Assembly: GCA_963719495.1 (NCBI GenBank)
Contig: CAVRCI010000013.1
Location: 512,001 to 576,000 of the forward strand
Origin: an uncultured Verrucomicrobiae bacterium
GTDB lineage: Bacteria; Verrucomicrobiota; Verrucomicrobiia; Chthoniobacterales; JAATET01
DNA length: 64,000 nucleotides
Reading direction: 5' to 3'
The stretch's first letter is position 1; each line of letters starts with the position of its first letter. The translations under genes and the position numbers were made by a program. This document shows, piece by piece, positions 47,550 through 59,100 of the stretch. Under the pieces are notes generated by a model, which was not told the DNA's origin, ran no database searches, and saw only the letters and a list, made by a program, of their open reading frames with translations.

Positions 47550-50253
47550 CCCACCGCTTCCCCTTCCGATGCCGTCATCTCATGGTAGAGCGCGATCAAA
47601 TGCTCGAGCCGCTCCGCGACGCCCGAGAACGGTCGCTCGCGGTAACACCGGTCCACGATCCCGTCGAGCACCCGGTGCGCATCGAGCAGATCGGCCGGCA
47701 TCTGCCCAGGGTCATACATGTCGGCATACGTCATCTCCGAGTAACGCTCGCGAATGTCGATGATGTCGAAAACCGCCGCCTCCAGCTCCTCCTTCGTCCC
47801 GTCCGAAATCGGGGGGATCGGGAAGTTGTTGTAAACGAAGGAGGAATAGCGCGGATCGGTCTTTAATCGTCCCGCAACCAACTTTGTCCACTCCATGTGC
47901 ATCTTGGATGAGAGCACGCCGAAAATCCACGGCTTCGCGTCGTAAACGGCTTGGGCCGCGTTCGAAATAACGGTGTTTCCGTCAAGGAATCCCAACGGGA
48001 TGTATTCTCGCGTTTCCGAAGTATGTCCGGGAAAAATGATCGACTCCGTATCCCGATGCGAAATGAAATAAAACCGATGCGGCGTTTCTGCTAACTCACG
48101 CGTGCTTGGCTCCGTGCTGCGTTCGCGCATTGAACGAACCGAGTTCAATCGGTCGGCAATTTCGGGGACTCGAGCGGCGTTTTTGACCTCGTGATCCTCA
48201 ATCCACAGACACCACCGCTCTTTCTTGTCCAGAAACTCGTCAGCGCCCATGTAAGCCTTCACCCATTTCGAGGCAGCTGGGGCTTCCTCGAACAAGCGAT
48301 TCCTCCCGTCCCGATCCAATATCAGGTTTCCCCCATCGGAGGGCTTATTACCAAGCCGCACGGGCGGAAGCCCGGACAGTTGATCCGAGCGACGGTAGAT
48401 CCAAATGTCGTCGAGGGGACGACCGTAACCATTGATTTTGTCAGCTCGAGTCACACCCGAATCGCGATAAATCGACCGCTTTTCGGTCGAACGGTTTCTG
48501 ACTCCGACGATCTGGCAGGTCACACCTGCATTGCCCGCTGCCGAATTTCTCCACTTGAACGATTCCCAAATGAATTCGATTTCAACTTTGGCTTCCTCGA
48601 AAAGCGGACGCCAAAGAAGTGCGACGTGTTCGCCCTGGAAAACCGAATTCGTCGTGACGAACGAATACTTGGTTGGATATCCGCCAATGTAGGAACCCGC
48701 CTTGAGAAACCAGCAGGATATGTAATCCATTTTTTTGTAGGCATCGAGGCCGCGCTCTTTCGCGAGATCTTTCAGGTCCAGTTTTTGCTGGGCGTCCTGC
48801 ATGTTCGATCCCAAATACGGCGGATTCCCCATCACGTAAATCTCCAGCGACCGCTCCACCCCATCGCGATCGGCAGCCGTGCGGGGACACACTTCGTTCC
48901 AATCACACCGCGTCGCGTTTTCCCGAACGATCCGACCACCTTCGCGCAGCGGCAAAGCCTCGGGGCTGCTGCGGAACCGCTCTTTGAAGACCAGGTTCAT
49001 CTGATGCTCCTTGATCCAGAGTGCCAGCATGGCGAGTTCCCGCGCGAAATCGTCGATCTCGATGCCGTGGAACTGATCGAGGTGAATGCGCGGCATCGGG
49101 AGTTCCTGGCGCGGGTCCAATGCTCCCAGCTCGGCGTAAATTTCCATCTCGAGCTTCCGGAGTTTCTCGTAGGCCAGGATGAGAAAATTTCCCGAACCGC
49201 AAGCGGGATCGAAGACCTTGATGGCCGCCAGCCGGGCGTGCAGCGCGTTGAGTTTCGCCCTCTTACCCCGGGCCTTCCCAAGATCCTCGTGGAGGTCGTC
49301 CAGAAAGAGGGGCGAGATCACCTTCATGATGTTCTCCCGCGAGGTGTAATGCATCCCCAGCTCGTGGCGTTTCTCGGGGTCGATGATCCGCTTGGAACAT
49401 CGATCCGAAGATGTCCGGATTGATCGATTTCCAGTCCATCTGGCCATTCTCGATCAGCAACTTCCGGCTTTTCGCCGTGAAGACCGGCACCGGGTGCTCG
49501 TTCTCGAACAGGCCGCCGTTGACGTAGTCGAACTTCTTGAACGCAGCGGAAAAGCCCGCTTTTTCTTTGGTCGCGAACCGCCGGAAAAGCGTCGCGAGGT
49601 AAGCGGAAAGATCGGCACCATCGTCTCCGGTCTGCGAGGCCAGCGATTCGGTGAAGAGGTGTCTGGTGAAAATTCCGGTATCCTCGGCGTAGAAACAGAA
49701 GAGCAGACGGGCGAGCAGAACGTTGAGATCGTGGGCGTCAAAACCGACGTTGTCCTTCCGGATCGCGTCGAAAAGGACGGCCATTTTCCGCGTCGCCTTG
49801 ACGTCGACCTCCAGGGCATGACTCGTGACGGTGATCTTCTTCCGCCCGGCGAAAGGCAGGAAGAAATAGGCGTACGGATGGCAGCTCGTCCCGGACGATC
49901 ACCAGATCTTCGCCGGAATCCAGATCATGAGCCGCAATCTCCCCCGCCGAGGCGACGAGGATGAACATTGGGCGATTGATGCGACTGCGGATCAGCGCCG
50001 AAGACTTGGCCTCGGCGAGCGCCGCGCGCACATCGCGGTCCACCCATTGGAAGAAGATGCGTTTCTTCCAGAGGATCTCGCGGTCGGGATCGGACGCGGC
50101 ATTGGCGGAACCGGCCTTCACGCGGTCGAAAATCGACTTCGGCAGCTTCGAGTCCGTGCCCTGATAACACTGCAGGAAGGCGAAACCCCAGGAAGCTCCC
50201 GTCAGTTTCGCCGGAAGTGCCGTCAAACGATTGGCAATTTCCTCGGTCGTCAT
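47546..50253 (-). pseudogene. YeeA/MmeI-like adenine DNA methyltransferase-specificity gene split by two frameshifts
   Basis: Three consecutive frames: MTTEEIANRL.. | YAYFFLPFAG..RLLFCFYAEDTGIF..YVNGGLF..INPDIFGSMFQA | IIDPEKRHELGMHYTS..FDPACGSGNF..GNPPY; shifts near 49880 and 49390. Confidence 0.85.
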
Positions 50254-51293
50254 CAAACTCCCAAGAAAATCAAATTCACGAGCCAGACGCAATGCGCCGC
50301 CCACCCCGTAAAAGTGGAGGTCACGACGCCCCCGCCCGCACCGCCGTCGCTAGCACCGTCTGGAAGTGTGGCGCCTCTTTCTCCCGCGCCACGACTCTGG
50401 AAGTGCGGCGCTTCCTTTTCCCGGGCCACGATCGACATCTCGATCTGCTCGAAGCCCGCGCTCCGCAGCATCCCGTGCAATTCCACCTCCGAAAAGCCCA
50501 ACCATTGGTGCGCGTAGAGCTCCCGGGCCTGTTCGTAGGCGTGGCTCGCCAGGTCGAGGATCACGACCTGCCCGCCCGGCTCGAGGATGCGATGCGCCTC
50601 CGCGACCGCCACCGCTGGACGCGCCGCGTGGTGCAAAGCCTGACTGAACAGCGCCACTCCAACCTCGCCGTCGCCGACCGGCGGCTGCTCGATGTCGCCG
50701 AGGCGGTATTCCAAGTTTTCGAACCCATTCTCCCGCGCCACCGCCGACCCGAACTCCACCATTCGGCTCGAATTGTCGACCGCAATCACCCGCCGGACGC
50801 GCCGCGCCAGCAACTGCGACAACGTCCCCTCACCCGCCCCCAGATCCGCGATCACGATGTCCCGTGGCAGCAGCCGCAACAATCCGTGCGCCAACGCCTG
50901 CCACGACCGACCCGGCACGTAAGTCCGACCAAATTTCCCCGCCAGCCGGTCGAAATACTCCGCCGCCCGGTCCTTCCGCTTCCGCAGCGCCAGCCCCAAC
51001 GCCTCACGGTCTCGCGACGCCTCCGGGATCTCCCGGCACCCATCTTCCAGCAAACCGGCGAGCGGCGACGTCTCCTCCAGACCCGACGAATAAAACACGT
51101 TCTTCCCAACCCTCCGGTCCACCACCAACCCTTCCCGCTTCAACTGCGCCAGACTCGCCGAGATCCGGCTCTGCGCCATCCCGAGGATTTCCTGCACTTC
51201 GGCGACGGAGAGTTCCTCCTCGGTCAGCAGCCGCAGCAACCGCATCCGGGTCGGATCCGACAGCGCGCGCAGGGATTTAAGAATTGACGGCAT
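50253..51293 (-). CDS. ArsR-HTH + SAM-binding methyltransferase-fold regulator (SahR-like); C-terminus altered by a duplication
   Basis: ALSDPTRMRLL..ELSVAE..QSRISASL, YFDRLAG, ADLGAGEG, ALHHAA, WLGF; divergent from metK-ahcY. Confidence 0.85.
   Translation of the reverse strand: MPSILKSLRALSDPTRMRLLRLLTEEELSVAEVQEILGMAQSRISASLAQLKREGLVVDRRVGKNVFYSSGLEETSPLAGLLEDGCREIPEASRDREALGLALRKRKDRAAEYFDRLAGKFGRTYVPGRSWQALAHGLLRLLPRDIVIADLGAGEGTLSQLLARRVRRVIAVDNSSRMVEFGSAVARENGFENLEYRLGDIEQPPVGDGEVGVALFSQALHHAARPAVAVAEAHRILEPGGQVVILDLASHAYEQARELYAHQWLGFSEVELHGMLRSAGFEQIEMSIVAREKEAPHFQSRGAGERGATLPDGASDGGAGGGVVTSTFTGWAAHCVWLVNLIFLGV
50297..50329 (+). repeat. 33-bp direct repeat, right copy
   Basis: CCGCCCACCCCGTAAAAGTGGAGGTCACGACGC. 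Confidence 0.85.
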
Positions 51294-51341
51294 TTGACGC
51301 ATGAATATATCTCCATACCTTCATACATCAATTAAAAGACC

Positions 51342-52514
51342 ATGCCCCGTTCCTACATCTTTTCCTCCGAATCCGTCGGCGAAGGCCATCCTGACAAGGT
51401 AGCCGACACGATTTCCGACGCCATCCTCGACGCCTGTTTGGCGCAGGACAAAAACTCCCGCGTCGCCTGCGAGACGTTCGTCAAATCCAACGTCGTCATC
51501 GTCGGCGGCGAGATCACCACGACCGCCAAGCTCGACTATGAATCCATCATCCGCGATTCCATTCGTGAGATCGGCTACGTCAACAACGACGACGTCTTCC
51601 ACGCCGACACGGTCTTCATTACGAATCTCCTCACCGCCCAATCGCCCGACATCGGCCAGGGTGTCGACGCCAAGAAGGCCGCAGGCAAGAAGCACGCCGA
51701 GCAGGGAGCCGGCGACCAAGGCCTCATGTTCGGCTACGCCTGCGACGAGACGCCGGAGCTGATGCCCGCGCCGATCATGTTCGCCCACCGCCTCGGCCGC
51801 GAGCTCACCCGCGTCCGGAAGTCGGGCAAGGTCAAATGGCTCCGCCCCGACGCAAAGAGCCAGGTTTCCGTCGTTTACGAGGACGGCAAACCGGTCCGCA
51901 TCGCGAACGTCGTCATTTCGACCCAGCACGCCGAGGGCGCCAAGCACGCCGACATCGAGAAATTCTGCATCGAGAAGATCATCAAAAAGGTCCTCCCGAA
52001 GAAGATGATCACCGCCGACACCGAGTTCCTCATCAACCCGACGGGCCGCTTCGTCATCGGCGGACCCCAGGGCGACACCGGCCTCACCGGCCGCAAGATC
52101 ATCGTCGACACCTACGGCGGCATGGGCCGCCACGGCGGCGGTGCCTTCTCCGGCAAGGACCCGTCGAAGGTCGACCGCAGCGCCGCCTACATGGGCCGCT
52201 ACGTCGCGAAAAACGTCGTCGCCGCCGGCCTCGCCGCGAAGTGCGAAGTCCAATTCGCCTACGCCATCGGCCACCCCCAGCCCGTCTCCGTCAGCATCGA
52301 CACCTTCGGCACGAACACCGTATCCGAGGAAGCGATCGAAAAGGCCGTGACCACAGTCTTCAGCTTCAAGCCAGCCGACATCGTCAAATCACTGAACCTG
52401 CTGCGCCCGATCTACTCGAAAAGCACGAACTACGGGCACTTCGGGAAGGAAGACCTCGATCTCCCATGGGAAGCCACCGACAAAGTCGCCGCCCTCGAGA
52501 AAGCCGCTAAGTAA
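51342..52514 (+). CDS. metK: S-adenosylmethionine synthetase
   Basis: [40 protein letters not shown]. Confidence 0.98.
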   Translation: MPRSYIFSSESVGEGHPDKVADTISDAILDACLAQDKNSRVACETFVKSNVVIVGGEITTTAKLDYESIIRDSIREIGYVNNDDVFHADTVFITNLLTAQSPDIGQGVDAKKAAGKKHAEQGAGDQGLMFGYACDETPELMPAPIMFAHRLGRELTRVRKSGKVKWLRPDAKSQVSVVYEDGKPVRIANVVISTQHAEGAKHADIEKFCIEKIIKKVLPKKMITADTEFLINPTGRFVIGGPQGDTGLTGRKIIVDTYGGMGRHGGGAFSGKDPSKVDRSAAYMGRYVAKNVVAAGLAAKCEVQFAYAIGHPQPVSVSIDTFGTNTVSEEAIEKAVTTVFSFKPADIVKSLNLLRPIYSKSTNYGHFGKEDLDLPWEATDKVAALEKAAK

Positions 52515-52531
52515 TGGGCGGGCGGGCGAAG

Positions 52532-52965
52532 AGTTTTAAGTTCGTAAGAATTAAGAATTAAGTGGGTGAGCTATCAATCGTTCGAAGATCTCGAGGTGTG
52601 GCAGCGAAGCTGTCGCCTTGCGGTCGACGTGATTCAAGCGATCGATGGCTGCCGGATTTTTGGTCTTCGCGATCAAATCCAGCGGTCCGCAATCTCGATT
52701 CCCAGCAATATCGCCGAAGGAGCCGAGCGAGGCGGCACGAAGGAATTCAGTCAATTTCTTAAAATCGCCAAAGGCTCCTCCGGGGAACTTAGAACCCAGC
52801 TCTTCATCGCAACAAAATTGAAAGTCATCGAATCCGAATCAGCCAAATCCTTCGTAAACGAAAGCCGAGAGATCTCAGCCATGATTCAGGGCCTAAGAAG
52901 GGCCATCACAAAACCAAAAACTTAATTCTTAATTCTTAACTCTTAATTCTTAAAAACTTAAAACT
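52532..52965. repeat. Inverted heptamer arrays (TTAAGAA)n ... (TTCTTAA)n enclosing the four-helix-bundle gene
   Basis: Left 52532-52563 AGTTTTAAGTTCGTAAGAATTAAGAATTAAGT; right 52920-52965 ACTTAATTCTTAATTCTTAACTCTTAATTCTTAAAAACTTAAAACT. Confidence 0.9.
52566..52925 (+). CDS. Four helix bundle protein (23S rRNA IVS protein/Avd-like family)
   Basis: SFEDLEVWQRS, LRDQIQRSAISIPSNIAEG, FLKIAKGSSGELRTQL. Confidence 0.93.
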   Translation: MSYQSFEDLEVWQRSCRLAVDVIQAIDGCRIFGLRDQIQRSAISIPSNIAEGAERGGTKEFSQFLKIAKGSSGELRTQLFIATKLKVIESESAKSFVNESREISAMIQGLRRAITKPKT

Positions 52966-52969
52966 ACTT

Positions 52970-54403
<1,434 letters not shown>

Positions 54404-54425
54404 GCGACCGGTCAGCTACGAATCG

Positions 54426-54460
54426 AAAAGGCCCGCGGAGCAATCCGCGGGTCTTTTTTT
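54426..54460 (+). terminator. Intrinsic terminator after ahcY (possibly bidirectional)
   Basis: AAAAGGCCCGCGGA-GCAA-TCCGCGGGTC followed by TTTTTTT. Confidence 0.85.
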
Positions 54461-54501
54461 GGGTCGCTCGGGGTATCCTTCGCCCTTCGTAGCCGCGGAG
54501 G

Positions 54502-56169
54502 TCACGACGCTCCTCCTCCGCCAGCCCGGCACTCCTCCAAGGCCAGCCCAAGCAGCGTCGTGCGGCTCGACGGTGTCTGTGCGGCCTTGCGGATGCTGGC
54601 AAGATCGCCGACGACGTGGACGTGCGACTTCGCCCGCGTGATCGCCGTGTAGAGCAATTCGCGGGTCGCCATGGGGCTCTCGTCGCGGGGAAGAACGACG
54701 ACCACCTCGTCGTATTCGCTCCCCTGCGAGCGGTGAATCGTGATCGCCCACGCCGGGCCGTAATCCGGCAACCGACCCAAGGCAAAATCGCGCAGCCGCG
54801 CCCCGCTCGCCGGAAAATACGCCCGGCGCCGGCCGTCGTCCTCCCGGTGAATGATCCCCACCGTTCCGTTTCGCAGCCCCGTCTCGGGATCGTTCCGATT
54901 GATGATGACCGGATGGTTGCGCGCGAATTCATCGGACGCAAAATGCGCCTCGATCGCCGCGCTGACCGCCTTCGAGCCAACGAAATACTCGCGCTGCGCC
55001 GTCAGGATGCAGACTCCACCGACCGCCGCCAAAGCCTCCGCGGGAGAGGCGGCGCGAGCGACCCGGTCCAACGCGGCGAGCACGGTCGTCGGCAATTCGT
55101 CGCGCGCCAGAATCCCGCCCGACGACGGGCTCCAGGACACCCCCGCCGCGTCCGGATTGCCGTCGGCACCTTCCAACAACGCCGCGCACGCCTCCGGATC
55201 GGACTCCTCCAGCGCCCGCGCCAGAGCGAGGATGCCCGGCTTGTCCTCGAATCGCCGGGCCTTTGTCAGATGAACGTGGCAGCGCCCGAGCGCCGCACCG
55301 GGCCGCCGCGCGCTCCGCGCCACCTCGGCCAGAACGTTCCCCTGCCCCACGCTCTCCAGCTGATTCGGATCGCCCAGCAGGAGGAGCCGCGACGAGGCGG
55401 GCACCGCCCGGAGGACGGCTTGCCACAGGAGCAGATCGATCATCGAGCACTCGTCCAGAATGAGGACCGAGCACCGCAGCGGATTGGCCCGCCCGAAGTG
55501 CGTTGCCTCCCGCCCGGGGTGGTAACCGAGCAGCGAATGGATCGTGGAACTCGACTCCGCCACCCGGACGAGTGCGGCGCGATGCGCTTGAAAAGCGGTT
55601 GGCAGGTCGTCCAGCGAATCGGTCACCGCCTTTCTCATCCGTTCCGCCGCCTTCCCGGTCGGCGCGGCGAGTCGCACCCGGTCGGGCGGAATCCCACCGG
55701 CCAGGAACATCGCGAGGATGCGGGCCAGCGTGTAGGTTTTGCCGGTGCCCGGTCCGCCCGTGATCAACGCCAGTTGGTTTTCGCAGCTCGTCCGGGCCGC
55801 CAGCCGCTGGGGGTCGTCGGCGGCCGCGCCGGGGAACAAGGACGCAAGCCCGGTCTCGACGTCATTGATCGCCGGGACTTCCCGCCCCGCCATCGCGAGC
55901 AAATCCCCGGCAATCTCGCGCTCGGCCAGAAAGAGCCGCCGCGACTGCAGGAAGGTCTTCCCGTCCCGCGGCACCAACACCATCGGAGTCACCAATCCCT
56001 CACTCGGCCGGGAAGCCGCGCGGCCCCATTCCTGCACCTCGTCGGCGATTTCGCACGCCGTGCTCCCGTGCGTTTCGGCTTCGAGCAGCGCCGCCACGGC
56101 CCCGGCGGCCGCGGCGGGCAATCCCCACGCGGCCTCGAGCCATTCGATGTCGGGGCGGGCCGACTTCAT
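54502..56169 (-). CDS. recD: Exodeoxyribonuclease V alpha subunit
   Basis: ITGGPGTGKT, AAPTGKAA, ILDECSMID, LGDPNQL, TIHRSQGSEY, LYTAITRAK. Confidence 0.93.
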   Translation of the reverse strand: MKSARPDIEWLEAAWGLPAAAAGAVAALLEAETHGSTACEIADEVQEWGRAASRPSEGLVTPMVLVPRDGKTFLQSRRLFLAEREIAGDLLAMAGREVPAINDVETGLASLFPGAAADDPQRLAARTSCENQLALITGGPGTGKTYTLARILAMFLAGGIPPDRVRLAAPTGKAAERMRKAVTDSLDDLPTAFQAHRAALVRVAESSSTIHSLLGYHPGREATHFGRANPLRCSVLILDECSMIDLLLWQAVLRAVPASSRLLLLGDPNQLESVGQGNVLAEVARSARRPGAALGRCHVHLTKARRFEDKPGILALARALEESDPEACAALLEGADGNPDAAGVSWSPSSGGILARDELPTTVLAALDRVARAASPAEALAAVGGVCILTAQREYFVGSKAVSAAIEAHFASDEFARNHPVIINRNDPETGLRNGTVGIIHREDDGRRRAYFPASGARLRDFALGRLPDYGPAWAITIHRSQGSEYDEVVVVLPRDESPMATRELLYTAITRAKSHVHVVGDLASIRKAAQTPSSRTTLLGLALEECRAGGGGAS

Positions 56170-59100
56170 GGCGCGGCGGCGGTTGCGGATTTTTCGAAAA
56201 GCCCATCCAACTCGTCGAGCAAGGCCTCGGAAGGGTGGACGTGCAGGATTCCTTCGCTGGAACCGGCGTCGATCGCCCGGAGAAAGACCAACCACGCTCC
56301 CGCGACCGTCGCCCGGCCCGCGAGGTATCGCCGCAGCGCGATGAGGTAAAGGTGCGTCTGGAGGAGGTAATGGCTCCGCATGGCGCAGGCCCGCAGCTGG
56401 TCCGGACCGTAACTCGCGAGCGTCGGCCCGAGACGGTTGGTCTTCCAATCCACGACGCCCCAGGCGTCGCCGCTCCGCGCCAGTCGATCGAGAAACCCGT
56501 GCAGGTAGCCGTGCAATTCCTCGACCGGTAGCGCCGCGAGGATTCCTGCGTATTCCTTCTCGCCGTGCCGGGCGAAAATCTCCGCCAGCGCCGCCGAACT
56601 CAGCGATCCCTTGAGCGGAAGCTGGAAGTGCCACTCGGAGGCTTCCGGTCGCGGACACGCCTCGGCGACGGAAAGATCCAATCCGGGCAAGACCGCCCGC
56701 CCGAGATCGATCAACATGCCCTCGACCGACTGGGCGAGGGTCAGCTTCGCGTCCGGCCAGCGCGCGGGTAGTGGGTATTTCTTCAAATGCGGGCCGACGG
56801 CGTCCCTGGGCAATTCGCCGAAGTCCCACCGCTCGATCCAATCGTGAATGGCGGTCCCCACCATCGTGCCGCCCGGTGCGTCGAAGAACGAATTGGCCGG
56901 CCTTTCATCCCCGGCCACCGCCGGAGGCTCGGTGAGAATCGACGGAGCCCCGCCGTGCGGATGCTGCTCTCGCGTCAGCCCCGAGAATGACGTGAGCTGC
57001 CACGCCGACGGAATCGATGGGAAATCGAGCGCGCGCAGTTCCAACTCGCCCGCCGCCTTCGGCGCATCCCACGGCACGGAATCGACGGCGGGCGGAGCCA
57101 CACCGGCGATGACGTCCCGGCCACCACCGTCCCGAATGATCGCCGCCAGACCCGCCGCGTGCCGGGTCCCCCGGCCCCCGGTCGCCGCTTCCACCCGCCA
57201 ATCAGCCAGGTCGGGTTGCGCTTCGCTTCGCAGCAGCCAGTCGAGCGCGCTGGGACCAGGCCGGCTGCGGGTGCCGGCCAACTCGCCGCCGTAGATCCAG
57301 GCCTTCACCTGCGCCCGGGTGAGCGCGACGTAGGCGAGACGCAGCCGGTCTTCCAACGCGTCCCGTTCGATCGCCGCGGCGATGGCGTCGTCCGTCGGCT
57401 GGGCGAGATCGACGAGCAGGGGCGGTTCGCTCGCCCGCGCCAGCTTCTTCACTCCACCGCCACCGGAGGGAGCGCTCCAAAGGAACGGGCAGAAGACGAG
57501 CGGATACTCGAGGCCCTTCGCCGCGTGCATGGTCACGATCTGCACCGCCGCGGCGTCGCTCTCGAGTTGCTGCTGACGCTCGTCCGCCGGTCGCCCCGCG
57601 CCGGCCCGGCCAATCTCCCGGGTCAACCAACGCACCAGATGCGCGGGACGCGGCCCCAGCTCCAGACCGGCGGCCTGGAGCAGATCGGTCAATTGCCGCA
57701 GATTCGTGATGCGCCGCTCCCCGCGTTCCAGCCGCGCGAGGCGGAGGGTGATCCCCCGCTCCGCGTCCATTCCCGCCAGCGCCGCCGAGATCCCGGCCCG
57801 GTGCCAGGTCGACTGCCAGGCCAGAAATCTCTCGAGCCACTCGTCCTCACCCGAAGCGTCCTCGCGAAGATCCGCGATCTCTCCGTGGTGCAATCCGAGG
57901 AGCCGCGTGCCCATCGCGGCCAGGCGGAGACCTTCGCGCCGGGGCTCGTGCAGGGCGCGGAGCAGGGTGAGGAGCTCCGCCGCTTCGTCCGAGGCCATGA
58001 TGTCGTCCGCCCCCGCCCGGATCGCCGGGACCCGGCGCCCGCGCAGCTCGTCCCGCATCGCCGCCGCTTCCCTGTGCGAATTCGTCAGCACGGCGAAATC
58101 ACCCGGCGCGACGTCGCGCGTTTCCACCCCCCCGTCCCCGAGCGTCCGCTCGAGCCGCGCGGGACCATTGAGAAGCCGCACGATCTCCGTGGCCACCGCG
58201 CCGCCGATGCGGGCGAGCCGGCGCCCGGCAGTGGAATACTCGTCCCCGGCGTCGTCCGGCGCGATCCAGGCCTCGATCCGTGGTCCGTCCGGCTCGCCGT
58301 CGGCCGCCACGAGTCGCCAATCCCCCGACAATCCCGACGAAGCTTCCGGAAAATCCAACCCAGCTTTGAGAAACGACCCGGGGCGTCGGAAAAATGCGTT
58401 CGTCGCGCGCACGAATTCCTCCGGCGCGCGGAACGTCTTCGTGAGGGCGAACACGTTCTCCCCGGCGCCGTCGCGCGCGCCAAGGTAGGTATTCACGTCC
58501 GCGCCACGGAAGGCGTAGATGGCCTGCTTCGGATCCCCGATCAGAATGAGACGATGATCCGGCAGCGCCGCCTCGCCGTCGGATCCGACGAAGATCCGCC
58601 GAAAAATGTCGAACTGCCGCGCGTCCGTGTCCTGCGATTCGTCGATCAACCCGACCTTGTAGCGGTCCCGCAACCGCGCCGCCAACGTCGGACCGAGTGG
58701 CCCGCGCAGCGCCTCGCTCAAGCTGTCGATGATGCCATCGTAACCGATCTCCCGGTTCGCGCGCAGCGTGCCCGCGACCGTCTCCCGGATCGCCGGCAGG
58801 TAATCATGGCGAAAATCCCAACGAATCCGGTCCAGCAAACCCAGCGCATCCGCCGCGATCCGGACGGCCTGGCAGGCCTTGGCGCGCGCCTTGAGCGGCT
58901 TCTGTTTGGTCCCGTTGAACCAACCTTCGGCCTCCGCGACTCGCTGGACCGCCGCCAGGAAGCCGGGATCGCCGAACTTCCCCGCCCCACGAAGCACGTC
59001 GAGCGTGGCCCGCCGGACCGCCTCGGACGGTGTTTTCACCGTCGGCGCGGTCAGCTCCCCGACGATGGATTCGAATTCCGCGCAGACGGCTTCGGTGAAC

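Noticed and set aside
51294..51341. SAM/SAH riboswitch or SahR operator before metK
   Set aside because: The intergenic gap is only ~48 bp; no riboswitch fold or convincing palindrome was seen.
52566..52925. Diversity-generating retroelement (Avd-like gene)
   Set aside because: No reverse transcriptase and no TR/VR pair with adenine-specific mismatches; the differences in the 50359-50432 duplication are synonymous, not A-specific.
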